Positions 47,197 to 56,251 of a stretch of 64,000 nt of DNA are shown here, piece after piece. The DNA is from Actinomycetes bacterium (GTDB lineage Bacteria > Actinomycetota > Coriobacteriia > Coriobacteriales > Eggerthellaceae). The stretch lies in contig JAEXAI010000022.1 in the NCBI GenBank assembly GCA_023394615.1, forward strand, positions 24,175-88,174, in the 5' to 3' direction. How positions within the stretch are numbered: position 1 is the stretch's first letter; each line of letters opens with the position of its first letter. The notes beneath the pieces are model-generated. The model saw only the letters and a program-made list of their open reading frames with translations, did not search any database and was not told the origin of the DNA. Both the position numbers and the translations under genes were made by a program.

Positions 47197-47640
47197 ATGA
47201 AGATCTCAATCGGAAGCGATCATGCGGGTTTCGAACAGAAGCAGCAATTGGCTGCGTATCTGAAAGGGAAGGGCCACACAATTATCGATCGCGGCCCCGA
47301 AAACGAGGATAGGGTGGACTACCCCGATTTTGCGGTGCCTGTGGCCCATGATGTTGCCGAAGGGCGAGCCGAGCGCGGTGTGCTCATCTGCGGCACGGGC
47401 ATAGGCATGGCGCTGGCGGCCGACAAAGTGCCGGGCGTGCGTGCGGCGAACGTGGTCACCCCTCAGTTCGGGGCGTTGTGCCGCGAGCACAACGACTGCA
47501 ACATCATCACGCTTTCCGGGCGCTTCGTGGAAGAGCCGGTAAACGAGCAGATTTTGGACGAGTTCCTGTCCACCGACTTTGGCGGTGGGCGCCATGAGCC
47601 TAGAGTTGCAAAGATAATGGACATAGATAAGGAATGCTAA
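47197..47640 (+). CDS. rpiB: Ribose-5-phosphate isomerase B
   Basis: It carries MKISIGSDHAGFEQK and CGTGIGM motifs. Confidence 0.9.
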   Translation: MKISIGSDHAGFEQKQQLAAYLKGKGHTIIDRGPENEDRVDYPDFAVPVAHDVAEGRAERGVLICGTGIGMALAADKVPGVRAANVVTPQFGALCREHNDCNIITLSGRFVEEPVNEQILDEFLSTDFGGGRHEPRVAKIMDIDKEC

Positions 47641-47732
47641 ACCATGTACCCTGTGTTGTGCTAGAGTAGGCAGAATCGTATCAGTCCCGTGTGAAACGTA
47701 TGCGGGACGCTATCAAGAAAGGACGATGGAGT

Positions 47733-48983
47733 ATGTTGGATTTCCTTTCCAAAACCGACCCGGAAATCGCCGATGCCATTGAGCAGGAACTGCACCGCCA
47801 GCGCACAAGCGTTGAGCTGATCGCTTCGGAGAACTTCACTTCACCGTCGGTCATGGAGGCTGTTGGAAGCGTGCTGACGAATAAGTACGCCGAGGGCTAT
47901 CCTTCCAAACGCTATTACGGTGGTTGCGAGAAGGTCGATATCGTTGAGAACTTGGCTCGTGAGCGTGCCAAAAAACTCTACGATTGCAAGTTCGCCAACG
48001 TGCAGCCCCATTCCGGCGCGAACGCTAACTTCGGCGCCTATGCTGCAGTGTTGAAGCCAGGTGACAAGGTCATCGGTATGCGTCTTGACCAAGGTGGACA
48101 CCTGACTCACGGATCCCCGGTGAACTTCTCCGGACGCTTCTATGAGTTTAGCGCCTATGGCCTAGATCCCGAAACCGAGCGCATCGATTATGACGCACTT
48201 GAGCGCATGGCCAAAGAGATTCAGCCTGCCCTGATCGTAGGCGGCGCATCGGCTTATCCGCGTGTTATCGACTTCGAGCGCATGGGTGCTATCGCGCATA
48301 GCGTGGGTGCACTGTTCATGGTGGACATGGCCCATATCGCTGGTCTCGTGGCTACTGGAGCGCATCCCAGTCCTGTGCCTTACGCTGATATCGTGACGTC
48401 TACCAGCCATAAGACCCTGCGTGGGCCGCGTGGCGGATTTATTCTTACCAATGATGAGGCTATCGCCAAAAAAATCGACAGCTCCGTGTTCCCCGGCTCG
48501 CAAGGCGGCCCGCTCATGCACGTGATTGCTGGCAAGGCTGTTGCCTTCGGTGAAGCGCTGAAGCCCGAATACAAGACCTACATCGACCACGTCGTCGAGA
48601 ACGCTGCCGAACTGGGCCGCGGCATGGTTGACGGTGGACTGCGCCTGGTGTCCGGCGGCACCGACAACCATCTATGCTTGGTCGATTTGACCGCGTCGGA
48701 CATCACGGGCAAAGAGGCCGAGACTCTGCTGGAAAGCGTGGGGCTCACCGTGAACAAGAACACCATCCCCAACGAACAGCGCTCGCCGTTTGTGACCAGC
48801 GGCATCCGTGTGGGTTCTGCTGCGGCAACCACACGCGGCTTTACCGCCGAGGATTTCTACGAGGTGGGCAAGTGCGCTGCCGAGGTTGTGTTCAATTCGA
48901 AAGATACGGAAAAGTTGGCGCAGGTGAAGGGACGCATCGATGTGATGCTCGCCGCCCATCCGCTTTATCCGGAATACAAGTAA
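47733..48983 (+). CDS. glyA: Serine hydroxymethyltransferase
   Basis: It carries [10 protein letters not shown] and the PLP-lysine context [14 protein letters not shown]. The ATG at 47733 is preferred over the GTG at 47691. Confidence 0.95.
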   Translation: MLDFLSKTDPEIADAIEQELHRQRTSVELIASENFTSPSVMEAVGSVLTNKYAEGYPSKRYYGGCEKVDIVENLARERAKKLYDCKFANVQPHSGANANFGAYAAVLKPGDKVIGMRLDQGGHLTHGSPVNFSGRFYEFSAYGLDPETERIDYDALERMAKEIQPALIVGGASAYPRVIDFERMGAIAHSVGALFMVDMAHIAGLVATGAHPSPVPYADIVTSTSHKTLRGPRGGFILTNDEAIAKKIDSSVFPGSQGGPLMHVIAGKAVAFGEALKPEYKTYIDHVVENAAELGRGMVDGGLRLVSGGTDNHLCLVDLTASDITGKEAETLLESVGLTVNKNTIPNEQRSPFVTSGIRVGSAAATTRGFTAEDFYEVGKCAAEVVFNSKDTEKLAQVKGRIDVMLAAHPLYPEYK

Positions 48984-48995
48984 TCTTTGAATGCG

Positions 48996-49028
48996 GGCCC
49001 CGCCGGTTATCGTGCGGGGCCTTTTGTT
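48996..49028 (+). terminator. Rho-independent terminator
   Basis: ggccccgc-cggttatcgt-gcggggcc forms an 8-bp stem and is followed by ttttgtt. Confidence 0.75.
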
Positions 49029-49095
49029 ATCGGGGTAAAGGTTGAGCGGGTGCCGCATGAAATGAGGCGCTCGCCCTTGAATGGAGGAGCACGCA

Positions 49096-49737
49096 ATGCC
49101 GAGCCAATACGATCGCGTCGTTGTGGTCGATCATCCGATGGTGCAGCACAAGCTGTCCATCTTGCGCGACAAAAATACATCCACCAATCAATTTCGCTTG
49201 CTGGTGAAAGAGCTTGCTCTATACGAGGGCTATGAGGCCACGCGCAACATGGAGCTAGAGCCTGTTGAGGTGGAAACGCCGATATGCAAAACCACCTGCC
49301 AACAACTGAAGGGTCCCAAAATGGCAGTCGTTCCCATTCTCCGTGCCGGTTTGGGCATGGTGGATGGCATGATGGAACTCGTGCCTACGGCATGTGTGGG
49401 ACACTTGGGAATGTATCGCGATCCACAGACCCATAAGCCGATAGAGTATTATGCCAAGATGCCCGAAGACATCGCCAAGAGGCAAGTGCTGGTAGTGGAC
49501 CCTATGCTCGCCACGGGCGGCTCGGCCATGGATGCTATTGCCTATCTTCGCCGTCAAGGTGTTAAGAATCTGAGGTTGATGGTGCTGGTAGCATCTCCGA
49601 CGGGGATAGAGGCAGTTCTTGCATCTGACCCCGATGTGGTCATTTATACCTGTGCGATTGACCAAGGTCTCAACGACGATGCTTATATCATTCCCGGCTT
49701 GGGAGATGCGGGCGATAGGATTTTCGGAACAAAGTAG
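49096..49737 (+). CDS. upp: Uracil phosphoribosyltransferase
   Basis: It carries [14 protein letters not shown] and the PRPP loop [11 protein letters not shown]. Confidence 0.95.
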   Translation: MPSQYDRVVVVDHPMVQHKLSILRDKNTSTNQFRLLVKELALYEGYEATRNMELEPVEVETPICKTTCQQLKGPKMAVVPILRAGLGMVDGMMELVPTACVGHLGMYRDPQTHKPIEYYAKMPEDIAKRQVLVVDPMLATGGSAMDAIAYLRRQGVKNLRLMVLVASPTGIEAVLASDPDVVIYTCAIDQGLNDDAYIIPGLGDAGDRIFGTK

Positions 49738-49822
49738 AAAAGAGCGCACTCGGGATTGACAACCTGTTGGACCCGATGTAGTGCACGCTGCCTGTACGCA
49801 GCGATGAACGAGAGGGTGTTCG

Positions 49823-50281
49823 ATGGAACTGGGCGTGGATCGTCCCTCATGGGACGAGTACTTCATGACACTGGCAGAAGAAGTGGCCACGCGCACCACA
49901 TGCTTGCGGCGCGCTGTTGGTGCTGTGGTGGTGAAAGACCGCCGTATATTAGCCACCGGCTACAACGGTGTTCCGTCTGGACTGCGCCATTGCAGCGAGA
50001 CCGGATGTCTGCGACAAGAGCTGGGTGTGCCCTCAGGTCAGCGCCACGAGATTTGCCGCGGCCTGCATGCTGAACAGAACGCTATTATCCAAGCGGCGCG
50101 CTACGGCATAAACATCGCCGGCGCGAGCATTTATATAACGACGCAGCCATGCGTGGTATGCGCGAAGATGCTCATCAACGCTGGTATCGTGGAGGTAATC
50201 TATCAGAACCCGTATCCCGATGAGCTCGCCCAAGAACTGCTCTCCGAATCCGGCATGAAGATGCGTATCTACGTTTCATAA
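49823..50281 (+). CDS. Deoxycytidylate (dCMP) deaminase, ComEB-like
   Basis: It carries the zinc motifs HAEQNAI and [14 protein letters not shown]. Confidence 0.9.
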   Translation: MELGVDRPSWDEYFMTLAEEVATRTTCLRRAVGAVVVKDRRILATGYNGVPSGLRHCSETGCLRQELGVPSGQRHEICRGLHAEQNAIIQAARYGINIAGASIYITTQPCVVCAKMLINAGIVEVIYQNPYPDELAQELLSESGMKMRIYVS

Positions 50282-50342
50282 AACGTGTCAGCAGGACGGG
50301 TCGTTTGACATAAACGTGTCAGCAGGACGGGTCGTTTGACAT
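50281..50342. repeat. Perfect tandem duplication of the 31-bp unit aaacgtgtcagcaggacgggtcgtttgacat
   Basis: Two identical copies are at 50281-50311 and 50312-50342. The unit is the reverse complement of gtcaaacgacccgtcctactgtcagg at 33727-33752 (about 27/31 identical by eye). Confidence 0.85.
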
Positions 50343-50419
50343 ATGCGTGAGCGCTCATGTATCTCAGAAGTAGGTGCATGGGTCTCGACGTCGTGGCATA
50401 GAGGGCGGCGATTCACGTT

Positions 50420-50570
50420 TTGTCAATCAGACCCACTATGTGCGATTTGAGGACGAGCCATTTTCTGACAACTTTTCGCCACCTGCGCAAACGCAGAGCA
50501 TCGTCTTCAGGCATTGCAGAAAAGCCAGTTTTTGCCAGCGATAATCGCACATAGCGGGTCTGATTGACAA
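50420..50570. repeat. MITE-like element or long hairpin: 28-bp inverted repeats separated by 95 bp
   Basis: ttgtcaatcagacccactatgtgcgatt (50420-50447) matches the reverse complement of 50543-50570 (ttgtcaatcagacccgctatgtgcgatt) with 1 mismatch. Confidence 0.5.
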
Positions 50571-50638
50571 TTCCTGTTTTGCGCAGGTTGAATAAGATAG
50601 CTGGGGAGGAACGACTGCGGTCGAGGCGGGGGCGCGTA

Positions 50639-52525
50639 CTAAAGATAGTCCAGCATCTCGCTCGGTTCGATGATGCTTGTGCGTACACCATCTCGTAGGA
50701 TGATACGCGCCACATGCAGGTTCAAACGCTCGGCGGTTTCCAGCCCGCAGCTGGTGAATCCAGAAAATATGATTTGTTTGCGCGCGCTTGCTAAGCACGA
50801 GCGCATTGCCTGACGGTTCGCGGCATCTTCGCGCTTGCGCTTTTCTCCCACGAGCACTCCAGTGTCGCAATGCTCGCGCGAAGGAATGAAACCATTCACG
50901 AAACCGCCGAATATCACCAGGTCGGCCTCGCATCCGAGCAGGTCTTGGGGAGAAGACATCAAAACGTTTGGTCCGCCAGCAGATGATGTTGCGCGGTCGC
51001 GATTGGCAGGGTAGTGCGCATTGTTGTCGAGGTCCTGCGCCTCAGCTAGGCGATGGCTCTCTGCAGCCTCGCAGTGACGTTGCACGTTGGCTGCGGCAGA
51101 CAAACCCCGTATGTATGCATCTTTCAACGGTGCTAGAAGCACATCTGCTGCATCTGCTCCATCGAGTGAACCTCTAGATAGCCGCTTCAACGCTTCGGCG
51201 AGTTGCAGGTCTTGGGAAAGGGCCCTATCGCGCAGCTGCGCAATCGATGCGCTTGCGCCTAGGGCATCACCAAAGGCGCACCATGTGCGCCATGCTGCGG
51301 AATCATCCTCGTTGGCTGCGATGCGCGAAACGATTCTCTGCGCAATCGGGGAAGACAAATCGACAGTACTGTAATCCAGACGGCTGTGCTTTTTGCCAAG
51401 GAACGTAACCGGTATGTCGCAGGTTCCAAGGGCGCGTGCCACATTCGATCGCCAGACAGCGTTCATTCCCACTATCAGGATGTCGTTGACATCAGATTCG
51501 CCGTCTTTGATTTGTGTCACTGTTTCGCAAATCCAGCGGCATTCTTCAACTAAATCAGATGCCATATGGACTTGAATCGACTCGCTTTTATCGTCGGTAG
51601 CGGCAGTAAGGTCGGTGTTTGCTGCATTTTCGTCTTGGACTGGGGTAGTGAAACCCGCGCTCTCGGCGCTTTCGTCCGCCAGCAAGTTTTCAATAACGGA
51701 AACGATATGCGCAGGTCTGTGGCAGCAATCAAGATGCTGCGTCTGCGCGTGCGGATTCGCCGCGAAGAAATCGTCTAGTCCCTCCCGATAGGGATACTGG
51801 TCCTCGGCTGTGGCTGAAGAAGATTCATCGGCGGCAATGGCGATTGATTTATCAGCCAGCAGATTCGCTATTGCTTGTGATGCGCGTCCAATCAACAGAT
51901 AGTCATCGACGATAACATGCGCTCGAGCATGCCGCTGCCGCAGCTGGGTGTCGTTTTCCAGAGCGCGTGAAGCGAGATTATGCAGTTGTTCTGCGACGAT
52001 GCTTCCCGTAAAACACAGATTCTTGCGTAACAGCTCTATGCAAGCCTCTTCCTCCGTCGTTTTGATCCAATCGGGATCATCATCGGCTCTGTCGTTGAAT
52101 CCCCGATAGATGAAGGCCAGAAGCTCGCGAAGGCGCCGCCGCTTTATGCCTAAAGGCTTCATGTCCTCGAAGAGCAAGTCGCTTTCAAGGGAATCAAGCA
52201 GATGCGGTTTGCGGCCATCATGGGCATACGTAGCGGGGTCGGACATAATCTCCCACGCAACTTCGCGCGCTGTCATCACTTGAATCAGATTGGTTCGCGA
52301 AACTGTTTCGTTGCCCTTGCCGGATTCCTCCAAGTTGCGAGCGATCATGTTTTGCATATGCTCTGCCATGGCCGGGGACGCGCATAGTACCAAGACCTGT
52401 TCGTCCTTTTGTGCCAAAAGGCAAGGTCGGCGGGCCAAAGCAGTTGATTTGCCTGTTGCCGGCCCTCCTGTGAAGCAGATTGCATTCGGCGTTGTTGGGA
52501 TGATGTCGGTCATAGTGCGGTTCAC
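50639..52525 (-). CDS. Divergent UvrD/PcrA-like superfamily-1 helicase-like P-loop protein with degenerate motifs
   Basis: It carries Walker A FTGGPATGKST. HVIVDDYLL stands where DEYQD is expected, and IAIAADESS where VGDxxQSIY is expected. The C-terminal ADLVIFGGFVNGFIPS and RQAMRSCLASARKQIIFSGF resemble helicase motifs V and VI. The start is ambiguous (GTG 52525 or ATG 52513). Confidence 0.55.
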   Translation of the reverse strand: MNRTMTDIIPTTPNAICFTGGPATGKSTALARRPCLLAQKDEQVLVLCASPAMAEHMQNMIARNLEESGKGNETVSRTNLIQVMTAREVAWEIMSDPATYAHDGRKPHLLDSLESDLLFEDMKPLGIKRRRLRELLAFIYRGFNDRADDDPDWIKTTEEEACIELLRKNLCFTGSIVAEQLHNLASRALENDTQLRQRHARAHVIVDDYLLIGRASQAIANLLADKSIAIAADESSSATAEDQYPYREGLDDFFAANPHAQTQHLDCCHRPAHIVSVIENLLADESAESAGFTTPVQDENAANTDLTAATDDKSESIQVHMASDLVEECRWICETVTQIKDGESDVNDILIVGMNAVWRSNVARALGTCDIPVTFLGKKHSRLDYSTVDLSSPIAQRIVSRIAANEDDSAAWRTWCAFGDALGASASIAQLRDRALSQDLQLAEALKRLSRGSLDGADAADVLLAPLKDAYIRGLSAAANVQRHCEAAESHRLAEAQDLDNNAHYPANRDRATSSAGGPNVLMSSPQDLLGCEADLVIFGGFVNGFIPSREHCDTGVLVGEKRKREDAANRQAMRSCLASARKQIIFSGFTSCGLETAERLNLHVARIILRDGVRTSIIEPSEMLDYL

Positions 52526-52577
52526 CAGCTTCAGTTGGTCGGTTTAATCTTGCAGCTACGCGTGTCCAATCCAAACG

Positions 52578-52621
52578 GTTTCATGCACTCTAGAACCACA
52601 TGGTTGGAGAGTGCATGAAAC
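52578..52621. repeat. Long palindromic hairpin or operator candidate
   Basis: gtttcatgcactct-ag-aacca-ca-tggtt-gg-agagtgcatgaaac has 14-bp perfect outer arms plus a 5-bp inner stem. It lies about 55 nt upstream of the helicase-like gene start. Confidence 0.6.
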
Positions 52622-52648
52622 TTGGAGAGGTGAATCGGTTGCGCATCT

Positions 52649-52708
52649 GAGGATGCCCTGCGACCCCTGGGACAAACAAAGGGGGAATTGGGGCTCGAGG
52701 GCATCCTC
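52649..52708. repeat. Inverted repeat (11-bp arms gaggatgccct / agggcatcctc)
   Basis: Read directly. The 38-nt loop contains a nested cccct/agggg pairing. Confidence 0.5.
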
Positions 52709-52780
52709 TCTTCGAAGCGCTCGGCAACGTATCGATGCGATACTCCATGTGACATCGAGCGCGTCGAGGAGAGGATCTCT

Positions 52781-52823
52781 GGAGGGCAAACTGCACACGT
52801 GTGATGTCTGCAGTTTACCCTCC
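52781..52823 (-). terminator. Candidate intrinsic (U-tract-less) terminator hairpin after the NapH-like gene
   Basis: ggagggcaaactgca-13 nt-tgcagtttaccctcc has 15-bp arms with 1 mismatch and begins 7 nt downstream of the stop at 52830. There is no U-run, so its function is uncertain. Confidence 0.4.
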
Positions 52824-52829
52824 GCATTT

Positions 52830-53879
52830 CTACTGGTCTGACTCTGCGTGCGGTATCGAATCCGTACTGTTCGACGACGCCTGCACTTCTGCGCTTGTGC
52901 TCACGTTTGCGGATTCCATGTTGGGTTTGCCCGATGCGCTGGAATCCTTTGACTTCGCCAGAAACGGCATCGTGATTGCATCGCCTGGGCACGATTCCAC
53001 GCATTTGCGGCATTTGGTGCATTCGCTCCAAGAGGCGCCGAGGTCGGGGTGGCGCGGATTGATTGCGACTTCGCACACCTGATTGCAACGTCCGCAGGAA
53101 ACGCCGCGTGAAGTTTCCAAGCATGCGTTGTCATCGATGGTGGGACGAAACGTTTTGTTTGCTTTGCCAATCAGGCTCATCAGAGATGAAAGCGGACAGA
53201 TGTGCGAGCACCATTTGCGGAAGAACACGACCTCTATCAGCAACAATGCGGGAATTGCCACAACAGACCACGTCACATCGCCGCTGCCGAACAACAATAT
53301 CAGCACGAACACGAAGGCGAACGACAATCCGATTGGGCAGATAAGGCAGAATACCGGAAAACCGAAGATGGCAGCGGAGAGCAAAGCTCCGCCCAGCACG
53401 ATATGGCGTGAATCAGCAGGCCTCTCCGCATGGCAGGTGCGACACGATGATTTAAGTGCCTTGGCTTCAGCCTCACTTAAAGGCTCAGTGATTTTCGCGG
53501 TGCCCGCCTCTTCCTTGGTTGCAGCAGCTGGCTGCGAATCAGAGGCTTCCGCGTCAATACCATCCGTGCCCTTTTTGTCATCTTGCCGTTTTAGCAAGCC
53601 GCGCAGTTTGCTCCATACGGGCACAGGGCAGATCCACCCGCAGAACGCACGGCCAAGGATAACGATAGCCACAACGCCTACGGCCAGCGATATCAGCGCG
53701 CGTGGAACCATGGTTTTGCTGGCTAGCATCGTTCCGAGTGCGCCTAGTGGGCACAGAATAGATATGTCTTCCCAGCCTATGGCTGAAAGCGTGCCGATTT
53801 CGGCGTGTGCGGCGAATCCGATACCGGCGATAAGCAGTATCGCCAAAGGAATCAGGACTCGAAGCTTGTTGGTTTTCAT
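52830..53879 (-). CDS. NapH-like membrane-bound polyferredoxin (quinol dehydrogenase membrane subunit type)
   Basis: It has four TMs with two CxxxCP motifs (GRAFCGWICP, FRKWCSHICP) and a C-terminal 2x[4Fe-4S] domain (CGRCNQVCEV..., CTKCRKCVESCP). The ATG at 53879 follows an AGGAGG Shine-Dalgarno sequence. The longer ORF to 54005 overlaps the upstream gene. Confidence 0.75.
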   Translation of the reverse strand: MKTNKLRVLIPLAILLIAGIGFAAHAEIGTLSAIGWEDISILCPLGALGTMLASKTMVPRALISLAVGVVAIVILGRAFCGWICPVPVWSKLRGLLKRQDDKKGTDGIDAEASDSQPAAATKEEAGTAKITEPLSEAEAKALKSSCRTCHAERPADSRHIVLGGALLSAAIFGFPVFCLICPIGLSFAFVFVLILLFGSGDVTWSVVAIPALLLIEVVFFRKWCSHICPLSSLMSLIGKANKTFRPTIDDNACLETSRGVSCGRCNQVCEVAINPRHPDLGASWSECTKCRKCVESCPGDAITMPFLAKSKDSSASGKPNMESANVSTSAEVQASSNSTDSIPHAESDQ

Positions 53880-53893
53880 CGATACACCGCCTC

Positions 53894-54532
53894 CTAGGCT
53901 TCTTCTTCGGGAATGACGATGATGGCACGAGTGGTTGCACCGACGGCGATAGATCCTTCTTGTAGGGATACGCAGGCATTCTGGCAAGCACCGCATCCCG
54001 TACATGCGCTGGATATCACGTAGGGATGCTTGTTCTCATCCATCTCGATGGCCTTGTAGGGGCAAGCATCGAAGCAGAATTTGCATCCATTCGCTTTGCT
54101 CCAAGCCAAACACCAATTCTGATTGATGACAGCTTTGCCTACAACGGTGTTTTCAGCGGTTGCTCCAAGGGGGAGTTGCAAGGCTTCAGTGGGACAGAAT
54201 TTCACGCAGCGAGGAACGCCGTTGTTGGCTTCCGTGCAAAAATCGCACCAACCGACATCGTAATCAACGGTAGGTGTTCGCACGCCCAGTACGCCGTTTT
54301 CCAAATGGGCGGGCGCAAGCGCGCCATTTGGACACGCTTCGATGCATCTTTCGCATCGGATGCAAGCTGAGACCAGATGCTCTTCGTCTTGCCCGCCCGG
54401 CGGCCTGACCCGCGCCTGGGCAGGGACCACTTTCAATCCCCCCATGGCAAGCAGCGCTGCGGCACCGCCTGCGCCCATCGCGAATGTGCGTCGCGACATG
54501 CCGGCGATCGACCCCTTCCTCTTCTCTTCCAT
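53894..54532 (-). CDS. NapG-like Tat-exported 4x[4Fe-4S] ferredoxin
   Basis: The twin-arginine signal is MSRRTFAMGAGGAAALLAMG. Four Cys clusters are present (CIRCERCIEACP, CDFCTE...CVKFCP, CKFCFDACP, CTGCGACQNAC). Confidence 0.8.
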   Translation of the reverse strand: MEEKRKGSIAGMSRRTFAMGAGGAAALLAMGGLKVVPAQARVRPPGGQDEEHLVSACIRCERCIEACPNGALAPAHLENGVLGVRTPTVDYDVGWCDFCTEANNGVPRCVKFCPTEALQLPLGATAENTVVGKAVINQNWCLAWSKANGCKFCFDACPYKAIEMDENKHPYVISSACTGCGACQNACVSLQEGSIAVGATTRAIIVIPEEEA

Positions 54533-54554
54533 GCTATCTCCCTTGTTCGTCTAT

Positions 54555-55295
54555 TTATTCGGAAAGCATATTGTCCAGAAGCTCTTTGTCGTTACTCAAA
54601 AGCCCGTCAGTCAAATATGCCAGCCCTCGATAGAAATCAGTGCGCGCGAATTTCTTCATTTCAACGGTCATCATGGGGACCCAACCCATCAGATGATCGT
54701 CGAGGAAGTTCTGCTGACTGCGTACGAGCGCAACAGCCTCATCCTCATCGCCTGCATCCAATGCAGAGGCGCTGCGATTCGCCAAGATCTGCATGTATTC
54801 CAGCTCAAGCGCGATATGGTCCTCGCCCTCTTTCCAGCTTTCCTGTTTTTCTAGGCCAGCAGCGCGGTACAGGGCCAGCACTTCATCGCGTGCGCCCTGC
54901 ATCAGCAGGCGTTTCTCGCTGGTGTACACGCTCTCGAATGGGTAGGCTGCCGCATGGCCGTTGTATCCATGTCCGAAAAAGACGCGCATGTAGTCGGCGG
55001 CCAGTTCGATGGGCGTATTCTCCCAGATTCCGCAGAGATACGTGGCGATGAGCCGATAGCCCTCGTCCACATCTTCGTTTCCGCTTGATACGCGATAGTG
55101 CATGGCATGCAGCTCTTCCAGCAACGCCATATCTATCTCTTCGCGATAGAGGCGCGAGAGGAAGCCGTAGTTCGCGGCACGTTGTTTGAAAACTTCCACC
55201 AATTCCAAATCGGTTGTCGTCTTGTCGGCTATGCTTGCAGCTTCCTTGGACGCAGCAGCCGTTGTTTTTTCTTCCACGCAGGCGTTCGAAGTCAT
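54555..55295 (-). CDS. TorD/DmsD-family redox enzyme maturation chaperone
   Basis: RAANYGFLSRLY..., YPFESVYTSEKRLLMQ, EDHIALELEYMQIL, FLDDHLMGWVP and FYRGLAYLTDGLL match the conserved blocks of the Nitrate_red_del/TorD family. The ATG at 55295 follows an AAAGGAGAA Shine-Dalgarno sequence. Confidence 0.85.
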   Translation of the reverse strand: MTSNACVEEKTTAAASKEAASIADKTTTDLELVEVFKQRAANYGFLSRLYREEIDMALLEELHAMHYRVSSGNEDVDEGYRLIATYLCGIWENTPIELAADYMRVFFGHGYNGHAAAYPFESVYTSEKRLLMQGARDEVLALYRAAGLEKQESWKEGEDHIALELEYMQILANRSASALDAGDEDEAVALVRSQQNFLDDHLMGWVPMMTVEMKKFARTDFYRGLAYLTDGLLSNDKELLDNMLSE

Positions 55296-55308
55296 TTGCT
55301 TCTCCTTT

Positions 55309-56232
55309 CTACCAGTTGATGCCGTCAGTCTCGGTGGGCATAGCCCGCAGAGGCACGGCATCGGCTGGGGGTTCGTAGTCGTCGATTACGTCGCTGAGCA
55401 GCTCCAAAGCCCGCTCGCCCATATCGGTTATCGTCCACGCTTGCGCATTCCATACCAAGGCGTCGCAGCGCTCTAGAGCCTCCACGAAATGCTGCACGTA
55501 AAAGCGACGCGGGGTGCTGATCAGGGGGTTTCCGTCCACCTGCACGCTTAATTCGTCCATTTCGACGCCGTCGGTGGCCTTTGCGGTTGTAAGCACGCGT
55601 TTATAAATGGGCAAAAGGTCGGTTTCGCTTTCAAAAAGCTCTTGGAGACGCTCGTCAGGGTTGTCTTCTACTGCTGCGTTTGCGCCTGCTTCTGTTGCCA
55701 GCCAGTGCACCTTTTCAGGCGTCGTGGGTACGTAGTATTCTTCGCCGTCCTCAATTACGATGTCGGGCTTCGATGCGTGCAGCGCATAGGGCTCGCCATC
55801 TGCAGTCACGCGGTTGATGGCTCCGGCGATTTCCAACATGGTGCATAGGTTCGACGGCGTGTACACCGAGAACTTTTTCTGCTGCAAGTTTTCCGTGACT
55901 TTGTGTACGTCATCCATGGAAAGGGGCTCATGTGCGGCGTTGATAATGCCCAAAAGCACGGTGCGCTGGGGGCGCATCTGGGAAAACAGCTCGCGCGTAC
56001 GCTCGATTGCCGGGCGTTTCGCATACTCCGCGCTGTCCTGTTTCACGGCATTCTCGATAACGGGAACCTTGTCTGGGTCGGGCGCTAAAAATTCGGTGCG
56101 TCCTTCGGTATTGGTCAGGAATAGTTCCGACTGGTCTGGTTCTGACTGCGGCATCGCCATCGCGTTGCCTGTCGGGTCCATGGAGAGATCGAATGAGAAG
56201 TCGAATCCTCCCAATGATGTTCTATCGGCCAT
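55309..56232 (-). CDS. Hypothetical protein (two winged-helix-like segments; no recognised family)
   Basis: 307-aa ORF with an AGAGGA Shine-Dalgarno sequence. Its gaps to the flanking operon genes are 19 bp (to the upstream gene) and 13 bp (to the downstream gene). Coding is inferred from its length and operon context. Confidence 0.5.
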   Translation of the reverse strand: MADRTSLGGFDFSFDLSMDPTGNAMAMPQSEPDQSELFLTNTEGRTEFLAPDPDKVPVIENAVKQDSAEYAKRPAIERTRELFSQMRPQRTVLLGIINAAHEPLSMDDVHKVTENLQQKKFSVYTPSNLCTMLEIAGAINRVTADGEPYALHASKPDIVIEDGEEYYVPTTPEKVHWLATEAGANAAVEDNPDERLQELFESETDLLPIYKRVLTTAKATDGVEMDELSVQVDGNPLISTPRRFYVQHFVEALERCDALVWNAQAWTITDMGERALELLSDVIDDYEPPADAVPLRAMPTETDGINW

Positions 56233-56251
56233 TGTGTCCTCTTTTCGGTCG

